64,000 nucleotides of DNA from Eledone cirrhosa (Eukaryota): the NCBI GenBank assembly GCA_964016885.1, contig OZ024743.1, positions 44,330,001 to 44,394,000 of the forward strand, in the 5' to 3' direction. The notes under the pieces were generated by a model. The model worked only from the letters and a program-made list of their open reading frames with translations. It was not told the DNA's origin and did not search any database. Shown here piece by piece: positions 51,592-64,000 of this stretch. The position numbers and the translations under genes are program-made. The stretch's first letter is position 1, and every line of letters starts with the position of its first letter.

Positions 51592-53012
51592 ACGTTTCGC
51601 CTTACCTTAAAAATTCTATATCGTTTTTATATATTAAATTAATCTCATGATGAGACTCAGTATCCTAAGTTTGGATTTAGAATGGTTATTGTGTAACTAA
51701 ACATTTCTGAATTTGCGGTTTGAAATATCTTTTGGCTTTACAAGCACTTAAATATCATAAATGTTCACATAAGTTGAACGAGTTATCCTCCTTTGTTACA
51801 TTATTCGTAAATAATTTTGTCCTGTCCAAATGGAACGATAATGTATATTTAACATGATTTATACTGTTTAATAATATACGAACATTCCTTAAAGGGAAAC
51901 TATGTATAATAAGATGTAATTAAAGAAGTAAAATCGAAATAATAATAGTTTTAAGAGTAAATATAACTACTGGATTGAAATGACAACCAAAGAATTGAAA
52001 TGATTTTACAATGAAAATAGAATAATTCAGATAATAATTCTTAACATTATATAAAATACATACAAGTGCAGTGGATCGGCAGTATCGGTAGAGAGTCGGA
52101 CGCCATGCTTTCCAGCATAGTTACGTCCTTTTACGATCTGAATTCAAATCCCGCCGAGGTTGACTTTGCCTTTTATCCTTGCGGGGTCGATAAAATAAAG
52201 TACCAGTGATGCACTGGGTAATTGCTGGCCTTGTGCCTAAAGTAGAAACAATTATATAAAATACATATATGCATAGGTTGTAGTAAATATCGTTATACAT
52301 ATTTAATAGGTATTTAAATTTGTTTTATAGATAAAAATGCTTTTGAATATTGTAACAAAATATTTAGAAAATATATTAATTAAACTATGCTTCTGATTAC
52401 TATAGAAAATATATTTATATTGTTTTAAGTTTGATATAATATATTAGTATAATTAGCTTAAACAACCATATACAAAAGATATTAAAACATTTCATGTTAT
52501 TTAATTGGTCGCTTCTATTTGATTTAATATTTGAAAGCAACTGTCACAAATCATTTCTCTTTCTTTCTTTCCTTCTTTCTTTCCTTCTTTCTTTCTTTCC
52601 TTTTTTGCAGTTACATCTTTCTTTTTCTCTCTTCTATATGTCTCTCTTCCTTTTTCTTCCCTAACACGTATATTTACGCATTTAAATATTTATGTATGCA
52701 TGTATTTATTTCTACTTGCATTTCCTCATACTCACTCCCTCGTTATACCTATATCTCGCTCCACATTCTCTTCTTCATTAAAAGTTTATCATGTTATTAT
52801 TTGTGGTATATAAATGTTGAGATTTGTTGTAATAAATCACTGCCAATACTGGAATTGAACGATCAAGACCGTTGGGGTATCTCATACATCAATTCGTGTA
52901 TTTTATCTGACGCGGACGTACTGAAAAAACAGCACAGTATCTTCGAAATATATATAATAAAATATATATTTTGATCATGTGAATGTCTTCATTTATTAAT
53001 ATCTTCAATAAT
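51520..53012 (-). repeat. Right arm of inverted duplication of 11945-13460, starting with (TAT)n
   Basis: ataacgtttcgccttaccttaa is the reverse complement of ttaaggtaaggcaaaacgttat at about 13387-13408; collinear beyond. Confidence 0.9.
52068..52255 (+). mobile_element. tRNA-derived SINE (paralogue of 12747-12935)
   Basis: A/B boxes, central domain and tail. Confidence 0.9.
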
Positions 53013-53018
53013 ATATAT

Positions 53019-53109
53019 ATCGAAAATGCGACTGGAGTCTTTTTAATAATATATTTTTTTTTCCTTTACAAATAATTATTCTTAAAAAGACTCCAGCTGC
53101 ATTTTCGAT
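53019..53109. repeat. Short foldback with ~30 bp arms
   Basis: atcgaaaatgcgactggagtcttttta pairs with taaaaagactccagctgcattttcgat. Confidence 0.75.
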
Positions 53110-53311
53110 TTCATCTTTTTTCCTCATACTTTCACTCGTGTAGGGCATTTCGTGTTCTTTCATTTAAAAAAAAACCCCTCATTTTCTTATATATATATAT
53201 ATGTGTGTGTGTGTCTGTGTGACTGTGTGTGTGTATCAGAATGGAGGCAGTAAAAATCAGTTATACCATTACTTACCAGAGTACTCGATACTTGGAGTAG
53301 TGGAGTGGGTA

Positions 53312-53588
53312 ATATAAAAACATTCAGGACTCGGACGCCTGAGTTCCGGCGGTTTCAATAGCTAGATCCGAACTGAAGCGCTAGTATTCGGGCAACAGGA
53401 ATCCGGCTTGTCTCCTCAGTGGATACATTGAGACAGCCTGTGTATGAATAATCTTGCACAGGCTGTCTGCCAATATATAGACTATGCTCCCTGACGATAC
53501 CAGCCACCCGAATACCGGCGCTTCAGTTAGGATCTAGCTTTTGAAACTGCCGGAGCTCAGCCGCCGGGGTCCTGGATTTTTCATATAT
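53312..53588. mobile_element. GC-rich MITE-like foldback element
   Basis: ~70 bp imperfect arms (53325-53392 vs 53507-53576), inner hairpin agacagcctgtg..cacaggctgtct, AT-rich flanks. Confidence 0.65.
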
Positions 53589-53599
53589 ATTTATATATA

Positions 53600-53792
53600 C
53601 GGGCGGCGGATTGGCAGTATCGGTAGTGGGTCGCACCCCATGCTTTCCAGCATGGTTATGTCCCTTTACGATCTGAGTTCAAATCCTGCGCCGAGGTTGA
53701 CTTTACCTTTCATCCTTACGGGGTCGATAAAATAAAGTATCAGTAATGCACTGGGTTATTGCTGGCCTTGTGGCTAAAGTAGAAACAATTAT
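53600..53792 (+). mobile_element. Full-length tRNA-derived SINE
   Basis: ggcggcggattggcagtatcgg head, gagttcaaatcc B box, tail ccttgtggctaaagtagaaacaattat. Confidence 0.9.
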
Positions 53793-53816
53793 ATTTGGCA
53801 ATACACCGTATGTTAA

Positions 53817-53853
<37 letters not shown>

Positions 53854-54054
53854 TTAAAGAATGAAGATTAACTCGTTGGCTGTACAATAAGGGCTTTATT
53901 TAAAGTACTGACAATTGTTTCGTTGATCATGTGGGTCTAGAGTTCGTTAATGGCTTGATGTTACGTTATTCGATCTCCAATACATTATTCAGCTATGGTC
54001 AACACATGCGAGCATGTAGATATGAAAATAATTCACTCGAGGCAAGACTTGGCC

Positions 54055-54092
<38 letters not shown>

Positions 54093-54499
54093 GGCCATCA
54101 CCCAGCTGAAGACTTAATTATTCTCTCTTTCTGCCATTCTCATTTCAACAACAAAACCATTTTAAATGTACTCCCTCCTTTAGTCAATTATTCAAAGTAT
54201 TAGCTAGTATCTTTATTTAATATTGTATACAGACTCGTGTATCTTATCATACATACTTTAAAGGGCCATCTTTTTTTTAGTCAATTAAATAGTATTATTG
54301 AATATATTGGTCCTATTTCTATTTAAAGACATTTCTATTTATTTTTTTAATATGAACCTAATATGCCTGAAATAATTCATATAAAGATCATTGCTAGAGT
54401 GTATCTCGCGAGAAAGGATATATTCAACTCTAGCATTGCTAAACAGGTTACTGAAATCACGAAATTAATCAAAGCGACGATTCTGGAATTCTTCACGAT

Positions 54500-57400
54500 A
54501 ACAGTAAATCGATTTGAGAAGAAGATGGATAAGCTGACGGATGCGCATTATGGTTGTGGAACTTGAGATAATTGAGATAATGGGATTAAAAGAAAGCACC
54601 CAGTTTCATGGTGATGCTTTTGATGATCAAATGAAAGATATTGTAAAACAAGATGAGTTGTTGGAAGAATGTGAAAAACAGGAAATAAAGCTTTAAGGTC
54701 GTTCGCGATGAGTTAACATTACTTTCGACGGCTCCGAGAAAATTAAGGGCGACGAAACTTAGACGGAATCCAAAGGTAAGAAGCAGCCATTCTTCAAAGA
54801 GATTTTGGAGATACAAAAAGAAATAAAAAATGATCCGGGTTACCGCAGAGGGAGGATAGTGGCCAGGAAAAGGCGAATTATAGCTAAGTTCCTAGATTTC
54901 GAGGATCGTGAATCTGTCTTGGAAACGTTCACAGAATTGAAATTGTGGGAACATGGAATTAATGTAAACGAGGATTTTTGTAAAAAGACTGTCAATATCA
55001 AAAGAAAGTTACTCCCCCGTAGCGAAAGAACAACTTAGAAATAATGCCCGAGTTTCTTATAAGACTTTGATTAAAGAACGATGGAATGAAGAAAATGCTG
55101 AATGAGAAGCAGAAATCAGACTACATGAATAAATGAGTTTTCACCTATTAAGTGGACACAATAAAAATCCTTAGCTTCTCCATTAATAATCAATATGAAT
55201 AGCACTGAAGATATATCTGACAAAAGTTATGTTTCTGAAGTATTAAATGTTCTGAGAAATAATAACTTACTCGTGAATGATGAAATAGATCCTGATGCTT
55301 TCAGAAAGTGTCATTGACACTCCGTTTTATGACACTCTATTTAGTCTGGAGATCCCGGGTTCTTTTAAATTCGAAAGTCTACAGTCAATTACAAGTTTTA
55401 ACATAAGATCTTTGTAAAAAAAAATAGAAGAAATAAAAATATTGGTATCGGAATTCCATTTTAAATTTTCTGTTTTTTGCCTCCAAGAAACTTGGGCAAA
55501 AGATGAAAAAGAAGGTAATTTACTTTTCAAATATGAATTACCAGGTTATAAATGTTTTTTTATGTACCTCCTAGCGTGCAATGTTATAGGTAGGGGTCTC
55601 TGGATGTATCTAACGAGAGATTCGGACTGCTATGAAAAGGAAGAGCTACAAGTTTGTAATGATGACCTTCACAATCAATTTATTGAAGTAATAAGACCCA
55701 ACAGGAAAGATATATAGACCACATAAAAAGAAAATAAAAGCTTTTAACCAAAATATAACTCAGTTACTCACTACTATTAGGCGGAAACCAATATTTATTT
55801 CTGATGATATTAATATCAACTTATTTGCATAGGAAATATATCCAAAGGTTAAAGATTTATCCGAAATGTGCGGTATGGTTATCTTATACCTTCCGTCACT
55901 AATGTCATCCTCGTAACAACGAATAAAAGCATTTGCATTGACAACATATTCCTTAAATTAAGATATAATCAGGATGTTAAATCTGGCACAGTACGTGCGA
56001 AATAATAATTGTTTCTACTTTTGGCACAAGGCCAGTGTATTACTGGTACTTTATTTTATCGACATCGTAAGAATGAAAGGCACAGTTAACCTCGGCGGGA
56101 TTTGAACCATAAAGGGCCGTAACTCTTTGCTGCAAAGCATGGCGTCAGACGCTCTACCGATACTGCCAATCCACCGCCCTTCAATCTTCCTAATAATAAC
56201 GTATATTCAGTGCAACCCCAAACATCTATAAAAGAAAGTAATGGTTAAAACCTCTTCAACAAGCTCAAAATATGTAATTGGTCACCTGTTATCAACAGAC
56301 GTGACTCAAATAGAGCTTCTGAAAATTTGTAGCAAATTCTGAACGTCTTTGTAATGAATATTTTCCTATAAAAATTGTATGGTGAAAGAAAAGTCTATTT
56401 TGAATAAATAGATTCCTGAAGGAATTTTGTGTAGATCTAAGCAAAAAGGAAACTGTTGTATTTGAAATATATAAAAATATAACTCGCTAGAATGTGGAAA
56501 GGTACAAAAAATAAGCTAAAACTTTTAACGCAGCAAAAAAGAAAACTAACATCTCGTATCAAATCGAAATTGAAAAATACAAATTAAATGTTAAAAAATG
56601 TAATCAATCGTGAAAATAATAATTTCTAAAAACAAGCCTGTTAATAAATATTTGAATAGCATACATAGAAATGGTGTAAAGATGTACAAGAACAAGTTGA
56701 TTGTTGAGCATATTTGTTACCAATGTTGGTCCTCCAAATCTCCCGTCAAAATTAACAAATACCAAAACTTTCTTGACTTCTTAAAAACGACCAACCATTA
56801 TTCAAAATGTATCACGTTACGGATGAGGTATTGAACAAAGCATTCTTTCGTCTGAAGAAGGACAAAGCGTCAGAATATGGCTCCCTGAGCACAAATATTG
56901 TTAAAATTGCATATGAATCAATAAAAGTCCCATTACATGTTTTTCATACTTCATTTGCATCTGGAGTATTACCGGATGAAATAGAAATAGCAAAAGTTAT
57001 GCCGCTTTTTAAATCCGGGGCAGACAGGAGTCGGTAAATACCGACCAGTATCAATGTTACTAGTATTCTCCAAATTGCTGGAGAGACTAATGCACTATCG
57101 TCCTTACGATGTCTTTGAGAACAATTATTGTTTTTATTCTGAACAGTTTGGTTTTCGAAAGAATTCCTGTGTAGTCTATGGCAGATAGAACTCATTAATG
57201 ACATCACGACAGCTATCTCAAATAAACATGTTGCATTCGGAATTTTCATCGAACTCAGTAGGGATTTCGACACTGTTGAGCATAGAAACTCATAAACACA
57301 TTGGAAATTATGAAGTAACTTCAAAAGTTACTTAGGCAAGTTTCTACAAATGGATGACATGAATCCGAGTACAAACATGCGGTATTCCTCGAGGTTCAAT

Positions 57401-57900
57401 ATTATGTTCCCTGTTCTTTCTTATATATGTCGATATATACCATGCAGTTCCACTTCCAAATGTAGTCATGTTTGCCTCTGATACAAAACTGTTCTTATCT
57501 GGTAAAGACAGCTGAGCATTATTAATAAAATGAAGAAATAATTGTCACTCATAAATGGCTGGTATTCGGCAAATAAACTTTTACTGAACGTAGATAAAAC
57601 TAAATACACTCTATTCTGTTCTTCAGCTAATAATGATGATCTGTTTTTACAGCCCCCATAACTTCATTTTGAATCAAAAGAAAACAAATAGCTCATAAAT
57701 ACAAAGTTTATGGGAATCCTTATTGACAACATTTTGAATTAGAAATTGTACATTCAATTGTCTCGAATCATTTTGTGGGGAAAATACTTTTCCAGACTCA
57801 AACGATGTAAAAAGATATATATTAAAAAGATGCTGTTGATTAATCAACAAACTTGTTTGTAGTAAAAACCTAACATTTTAGTAACATTAAATAGATATTA
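54500..57900 (+). mobile_element. Heavily decayed CR1-group (Crack/Daphne-like) LINE
   Basis: ORF1-like IIAKFLDFEDRESVL..INVNEDF; EN FSVFCLQETW; RT PDEIEIAKVMPLFKSG, YRPVSML and GIFIELSRDFDTV-like DNA at 57240-57280. Boundaries are approximate. Confidence 0.7.
56005..56180 (-). mobile_element. tRNA-derived SINE inserted in the decayed LINE
   Basis: Same family motifs; taataa on both sides. Confidence 0.85.
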
Positions 57901-58329
57901 CAAACATTGCATGGGCCGTCATGAAAAGGATGACAGTTTTTTTTTTCATAATCTTTCTCACGAGCATGATAGAGCATTCTCAATGATGATTACCTTATTC
58001 CATTCCTAAAAACTGTTTATTCTCTTCTTTGTAAATAGTGTAGCAAGGTGTTCTTTTATGCAACTTTTTTATAATTTAATTTCATATACAGCTAATGAAA
58101 TAAATGATGAGAAGAAAAATTAATTAGAAGACTTGGCCGTAACTTTGAGTAAATAAAATAGTCTAATAATAACGGGGCATATATAACCACTGAACGGAAA
58201 CATTCACCACTAAAGCCCGTGTAGCAGCGCTGTGGTAACAATAAACGAGTCGTCGATTGGTGTTATGATAGTTTACGTTGCGTGTGAGTGTACTCTTTAG
58301 TAAAGTGTGTGTGTGTGACAGCTCACACC

Positions 58330-58555
58330 TATGCAGGTTTAGCCGGCCTTCCCCAAGGTATATCTCGTTGGAGGTGTCTTAGGTGATTTAATCATAGGGG
58401 CCCCTGTCCTATCATCTCATTCTACAGCTGAGTAAACTGGAGCAACGTGAAATGAAGTGTCTTGTTCAAGGAAACAACATATCACCCAGTGCGAGAATTG
58501 AACTCACAACCTTTCTATTGCAAGCCCAATGCTCTTACCACTAAGCCATGCGCCT
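58330..58555 (-). mobile_element. Second tRNA-derived SINE family
   Basis: Minus strand: ggcgcatggcttagtggtaagagc A box, gagttcaattc B box, CORE/V-like ccttgaacaagacacttcatttcacgttgctccagt domain. Confidence 0.75.
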
Positions 58556-58999
58556 GTGTGTGTAAAGTGCAGCCGTACTAATCTTGTTAGTGAGATCCGC
58601 GCAAGAAGAAGTATTAAAACTGGCTTTTCAACTAGCCAAGCAGTAGTTTACAGCAATATATTTCGAAGATGGCTGGGCAGATTTTAAGTCTAGCCGGTCC
58701 GATGTGCGTATACGTAAACACACATGCACACAAACACACACATACCAAAACACACCACCAGAACCATATATGTGTATTGTGTTGCTGTTATGTGGTGTCA
58801 ATTAATCAGTGATTAGATTCGCAGTCAAAAACATCAAGGAATAAAATCTGGCTAAAGCAAATTTAAGCACCCGACGCCAATGAAGCTTCCCTAATACGAA
58901 TAATGAAGTAGAAAGCATTAGGGTTTTACTTCACTTTATTTATTACGTAACAACTTTTACATGCATGTCGATTGTGTGTGTTGCATAATTTATATATAA

Positions 59000-59157
<158 letters not shown>

Positions 59158-59464
59158 TTGAAAAAGCAAAAGAATGACTTCATTTGTAGTTGGTATTTTA
59201 TAACGATTTAATTTTAGAATCTTAAAATGTTGCTATTCAGATCTAATTAGATCTACATAGCAAAATTATAAAACTATAAAATTGAAAAATTATAGAATTA
59301 AATTGTTATAGAATTTTAACTACAAGTGAAGTCCTTCTTTTCCTTTTTCACACGTACCTAACTGCATCAAGGATCTCACACATTTTCCAATATATATATA
59401 TGTGATCTTTTCATGTTTATTTTAGATATATATATATATATATATATGTCAATCAATTTCTAGT

Positions 59465-59506
<42 letters not shown>

Positions 59507-59529
59507 GTTGTTACACAACAATTAGTTCA

Positions 59530-59580
59530 CCATACCGGAAACAGTTGTTTCACCTCAGCGGATCCTCAGCTCGTAATGGG
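59530..59580 (-). ncRNA. Minimal hammerhead ribozyme in the left pLTR
   Basis: ccattacgag CTGAGGA tccgctgaggt GAAA caactgtt tccggtatgg. Confidence 0.65.
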
Positions 59581-61392
59581 CATGATTATACGGAACAGGA
59601 AGGATAACCGTACGAACGCACATGCGCAGAAACCCGTCAGTTCACACAGGCAATTCTAAAATGCGTGTGAGAGGTGTAAGGGATATAACTGCGAAAGTCC
59701 GAAAAGTTTTTAGTTGATAAGAAAAAATATTGATGCTGTTACAATAATTCATTCAATCCGGAGATTTGTAGTTATGCAATAGGTGTTTAGAGACGTGTGG
59801 AAAACGTGTGAAAAATTCATTTCTCGTGTTTAGGCAATCACTATTGCATAATCTCTTTAGAATATTTATTCGTTCGTCAATACACAGTCCACACGACGGA
59901 TTTCCCCTTGCGTATGGCTTGGACTTAATGATGGCTTTCCATGGATGGAGTATTCTATACTTGAGTCCTTGAGGGACCATATGTGGCTCTCGAGTTTCGT
60001 GGATGAACCGGGTACCTAAAGGTTGACTGATGGTTCAGGAAACGTTCCTTAAATCGGCCCTCTGCCATGTCCACATAGGATTTGACCTCCTGTGGTTGGT
60101 TTGGTCGGTTGAAAGTGGCCACAGCTTCATAAATTACAGCTGGTGTGTTGCATTGCTGTTGAAGGGGGCAACCTTCGGGCTTACTTAAAGAGCACCCTGG
60201 TGGGGTGTTTTTCCTAGGGCTGCTGGTGATGTGGGCCTTCATGTTCTTAGCGCATGAGTATCCTAGTTTTACTTTGTGTCGGTTAAAGATGGAGCGGCAT
60301 TTATGACCTATGGGAAAGTGTCTTGAAATTGTTTGCCTACATTGGTTTTAACGTTGAGTGAGAAGGGACGAGAGAACCAGATAGTTTGTCTATTGTTGTG
60401 CTTTCTTTTCTTATTGCTGTTGTTGATAGTGGGAGAGTAAGTGATATGTTGTGAGAAGCCGCTGTTAGCTAACGCGGTGTTATAGTAGGGTGCCGCCCTG
60501 TCAGTCAAAGATAGCCTTATTAGAAGAGAGGTTTGAGATTCTCGTACTGATATTATTTACGAAGTTTCTAAAAACAGTGGGAGGGTAGCATGAGTTCTTG
60601 TGAATGTAATCGAGTTTTTCGTTTAGCTTATGGAAGGGTATGTGGGTGTGTGTGTGCGAAGGTTTAAATTAATGTCTAAGAAATCTACGCTAAAGAGGTT
60701 GGTAGCTACTGTTATCCTAAGTCCTAACTCATTGATGGTAGAAGTTAAGTCTTTTTTAAACCGGTCGAGGTCGTGATCACTTTTATAGCTCGATAAGGTC
60801 AGTCCATCGTCGCGGTATATTCCCGTGTGGAAGTCCGGGAATCTAACACGTAATATGTCTAAAATAAATAGGGCAACCAAGTCACATACGTCAGCACTGT
60901 CAAATGATCCCATGGAGACGTCGAACAGGTCTGAAGTTGTAGACTTCTTTGTCCAGGCAACTCCGTCGTTGAAGAGGAGGGTTTTTTCGACAGTGAGCGA
61001 TGATTTCCCTGTCTAAACCATCGACGGTGGTGTAAGTGGTAGCGAAGTCCAACGCTTTGTTTAACATGGTCTCTGAGATTGTTTGCACTGTGTATTGATG
61101 AACGAATAAATATTCTAAAGAGATTATGCAATAGCGATTGCCTAAACACGAGAAATGAATTTTTCCCACGTTGTCCACACGTCTCGAAACACCTATTGCA
61201 TAACTACAAAGCTCCGGATTGAATTAATTATTGTAACAACATCAATATTTTTTCTTATCAACTAAACAATTTTCAGACTTTCGCAGTCATCTCCCCTACG
61301 CCTCTCGCACGCATTTTAGTATTGCCTGTGTGAAGTGACGGGTTTCTGCGCATGCGCGTTCGTACGGTTGTCCTTCCTGTTCCGTATAACCA

Positions 61393-61445
61393 TGCCCATT
61401 ACGAGATGAGGATCCGGTAAGGTGAAACAATTGTTCTCGGTATGG
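61393..61445 (+). ncRNA. Minimal hammerhead ribozyme in the right pLTR (core C mutated to A)
   Basis: ccattacgag aTGAGGA tccggtaaggt GAAA caattgtt ctcggtatgg; palindromic ACAATTGT stem III. Confidence 0.6.
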
Positions 61446-61969
61446 TGAACTAACTGTTGTGTAACCACTTCTACCTAACTCGTCCCATGGACTGAACGTT
61501 CTACCACTACGGATATTACCTTCCAGTGTTCTACCACTATATATATAGAAGGGGGTTTAGAGAGAGATTTAGGAGGTTATGTAGATAGATACATATCTGC
61601 GGATGAAAAGAAATGATATTGTTTATCAAAACGTAATGTAATTGTTACAAAATAAATACCCCAAATACGCCATCTGCATGAAGTCCACAGCTGGAAAATA
61701 AGGAGTTGTACATATCTTTCAATGGACCGGTTCTGTCACAAATTATTTTATGTCTAATTCCTTAAAGTTACAAATGTCTGAGTAATGCTCTCCTATTTTC
61801 ATATTAATTTCATGGGTAGAATGCTCCGTTGATTAAATAAGTAGAACACATGTCGGTAGAGGAACAAATATCACTACATGAAGTGACACGACACCAATAA
61901 GATATATTTATGCAGTGACAAAAAGAATTGCACTGAATTTTTTAAAGTTCATCTTATTATTATTTTAAG

Positions 61970-62150
61970 AGTGGTGGATTGGTAGTATCGGTAGAGCGTC
62001 GGACGCCATGCTTTGCAGCAAAGAGATACGGCCCTTTGTGGTCTGAGTTCAAATCCCGCCGAGGTTAACGAGGTTAACGGGGTTGATAAAATAAAGTACC
62101 AGTAATACATTAGGATATTTACTGGCCTTGTGCCAAAAGTAGAAATTTTT
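61970..62150 (+). mobile_element. tRNA-derived SINE
   Basis: A/B boxes and tail; short internal duplication cgaggttaa. Confidence 0.85.
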
Positions 62151-62401
62151 ATTCTGAGCTCATCAGTGATTAATCTGCCGGCGAAATTACGGCGAAAGTG
62201 AAAGCAACATAGTAGGTGAATATTATTTTATTTTTTCGTTTTCACAACATAAGAGTTACTAATTATTTTTTCTTCATTAAATTTGTAACACTAAAATGCA
62301 TGTTTCGTTTATTAAATCAGCTCTTAATTAATATATCCTTTGCCAAATATGCCAACACTAAATTGATGCTTCTGGCATTAAATATATCAACACTGAATTC
62401 A

Positions 62402-62530
62402 TAGGCGGCTGATTGGTCCCGTTCGAGTGTCGAATTAAAAACCGAGATATATGTTCCAGCTCATTTCAGTTTAAGTTCAAATTCCGCTGCATTCAACTTT
62501 GCCTTTCTAGGGCTTGATAAAGTACCATTT
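62402..62530 (+). mobile_element. Old degraded SINE
   Basis: ggcggctgattgg head, agttcaaattccgc, aactttgcctttc..gataaagtacc. Confidence 0.5.
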
Positions 62531-62744
62531 GTGCTGGATAGCGGAATTGTTAAAGGCTGAGTCGAGATATTTTTCCGTATCTGATACCGCTTTAAGCGTT
62601 CTGATTTGATAGCATACCTCCTTCTGATACGAATTTTAACAGAAAGGTAACATTAACTTGCAATATCCATATATGGTCAGTTAACTGGTGTTGCATTCGT
62701 AGGAACGCTATTGTGAAAATATATCTGAACACCACATTGAAAGA

Positions 62745-62768
62745 GAGATAGGGGGAGAGAGTGAGAGA

Positions 62769-62832
<64 letters not shown>
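62745..62832. repeat. (GA)n microsatellite
   Basis: Directly visible. Confidence 0.95.
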
Positions 62833-62833
<1 letters not shown>

Positions 62834-63384
62834 TTAGGAAACATTATGGGAAAGAATCTACCCTATTTATTAAATCTATGCTTTTTGTATTAAATGTACT
62901 AACACTTGATTTGCAATTTTGACAATTGATAGCAATGAATAAATCTTGATACTCTGTTGGTATGAACATGGCCACGATCCAATGAGTAGGACCAGTAAAA
63001 TGAACAAAATAGAATGTCTAATAATACCTAACCGTTTCTAGTGATGCAATGTCTGAAACTGAAATAAAACGTGTCTATTTTTATTTTAGTGTATATTGGG
63101 ATTATCGATCTATATTTTTGCTTAGTTATGAATAAAAAGAACGTCTTCTTACGAGCGATATGTAGCTACAATGAAGAATATTAAAAATTTTCTAAAACAT
63201 TTTCTATAAGATTAATTGGATTATTTTAATTAAATTTCATAAGTGAAATACCAAATTCATGCGAGTGTTTTCCACTTTGTCAGATATGGCTGTGTGGCTA
63301 AAAACTTTGACGTGCAAGCACATTTGTCATAGTGGGCAATTGTCTTCCCTTCCACTATAACCTTGGTGCTCTGAAATCGCGATA

Positions 63385-63681
63385 TATATATATATGAATG
63401 TATGTATAGTAAATTTGGTAATATACCGTATGTTTAATTAAAAACATTTAGACAACCATTCGCTATTAGTTTTAAAGTAGTTACTATGTCACTTACTTAG
63501 CATTTATCAAACACTTACTTAGCGTTCATCAACCAGCTAGAAACAGACTGTCAATCACTCTCCCTTTGCTTTGGCCGAAAATTTTAAAATTATTTTAAAA
63601 CTAATTTAAAGCTAATAGCGAATGGTCATCTAAATGTTTCTAATTAAACATACGGTATATTGCCAAATATACTATACATAC

Positions 63682-63710
<29 letters not shown>
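63385..63710. mobile_element. MITE-like foldback with ~100 bp arms embedded in (TA)n
   Basis: 63385-63482 is an imperfect reverse complement of 63599-63700; spacer has cacttacttagc twice. Confidence 0.7.
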
Positions 63711-63712
<2 letters not shown>

Positions 63713-64000
63713 CGTTTGAATATGTATAATAAAGCCAAAACAATGCAGGTATGGACATAGAAAAGAGAATGCAATTGCAAAAGATGTTGACAATTCGTCT
63801 TTTACCTTAGATTTATTTAAATGTTCTTAATTTTCGAGATAATATCTCTCCTTCAGAGGGAAATAAAGGTCTCAAACCAGCGTTCTAAATATCCTGCCAA
63901 GCCATGCTGACAGGAAATAGTATAGAGTATCTGTTCTATCTCTAATGTCAAAGAGTTAAAATTAGGTGGATAAAGAGTCGTCTCCCTTTAAAAGGGGTTT

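Larger units (their letters stand above)
59503..61540 (-). mobile_element. Penelope-like element: decayed RT + GIY-YIG on the minus strand, with inverted pLTRs (59503-59888 and 61087-61473)
   Basis: MGSFDSADVCDLV..GIYRDDG..VDFLDINL; CPLQQQCNTPAVIYEA..FKERFLNHQSTF; CGLCIDER. The terminal ~385 bp are reverse complements. Confidence 0.92.

Noticed and set aside
53600-53690. tRNA gene call for SINE heads
   Set aside because: A/B boxes only, no cloverleaf, and followed by SINE body and tail.
53900-53935. Partial hammerhead words (cgaaacaattgtc on minus here; ctgatgag on minus at about 62160)
   Set aside because: Only half of the core is present in each case.
54048-54097. tggccgtgt-(TA)n-acacggcca hairpin
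   Set aside because: Arms outside the self-complementary TA tract are only ~9 bp, too short to call.

Overview
AT-rich, microsatellite-rich eukaryotic DNA. The SINE style suggests a cephalopod/octopus, which is inference. No host gene is recognisable and the window is almost entirely retroelements. (1) About 13 copies or fragments of R4/Dong-type RT + restriction-like-endonuclease non-LTR elements from at least four families: A and B sit in (CATA)n repeats, C and D in (TAA)n repeats. (2) One apparently intact two-ORF Tx1/L1-clade element (13.46-19.47 kb, minus strand) plus a diverged truncated copy. (3) Several Penelope-type elements or pLTR remnants with hammerhead ribozyme motifs (30140-30180, 46213-46305, 59530-59580/61393-61445, degenerate at about 40280). 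(4) RTE fragments, a decayed CR1-group LINE, many tRNA-derived SINEs and MITE-like foldbacks. The most striking structure is large-scale inverted symmetry. The Dong array flips polarity at two Penelope-type inverted repeats (29.4-30.45 kb and 39.1-40.4 kb), and the symmetry continues into same-family Dong flanks. 11.9-24.4 kb is mirrored at 46.4-53.0 kb, where the Tx1 site is empty. All coordinates and identities were read by eye and are approximate.
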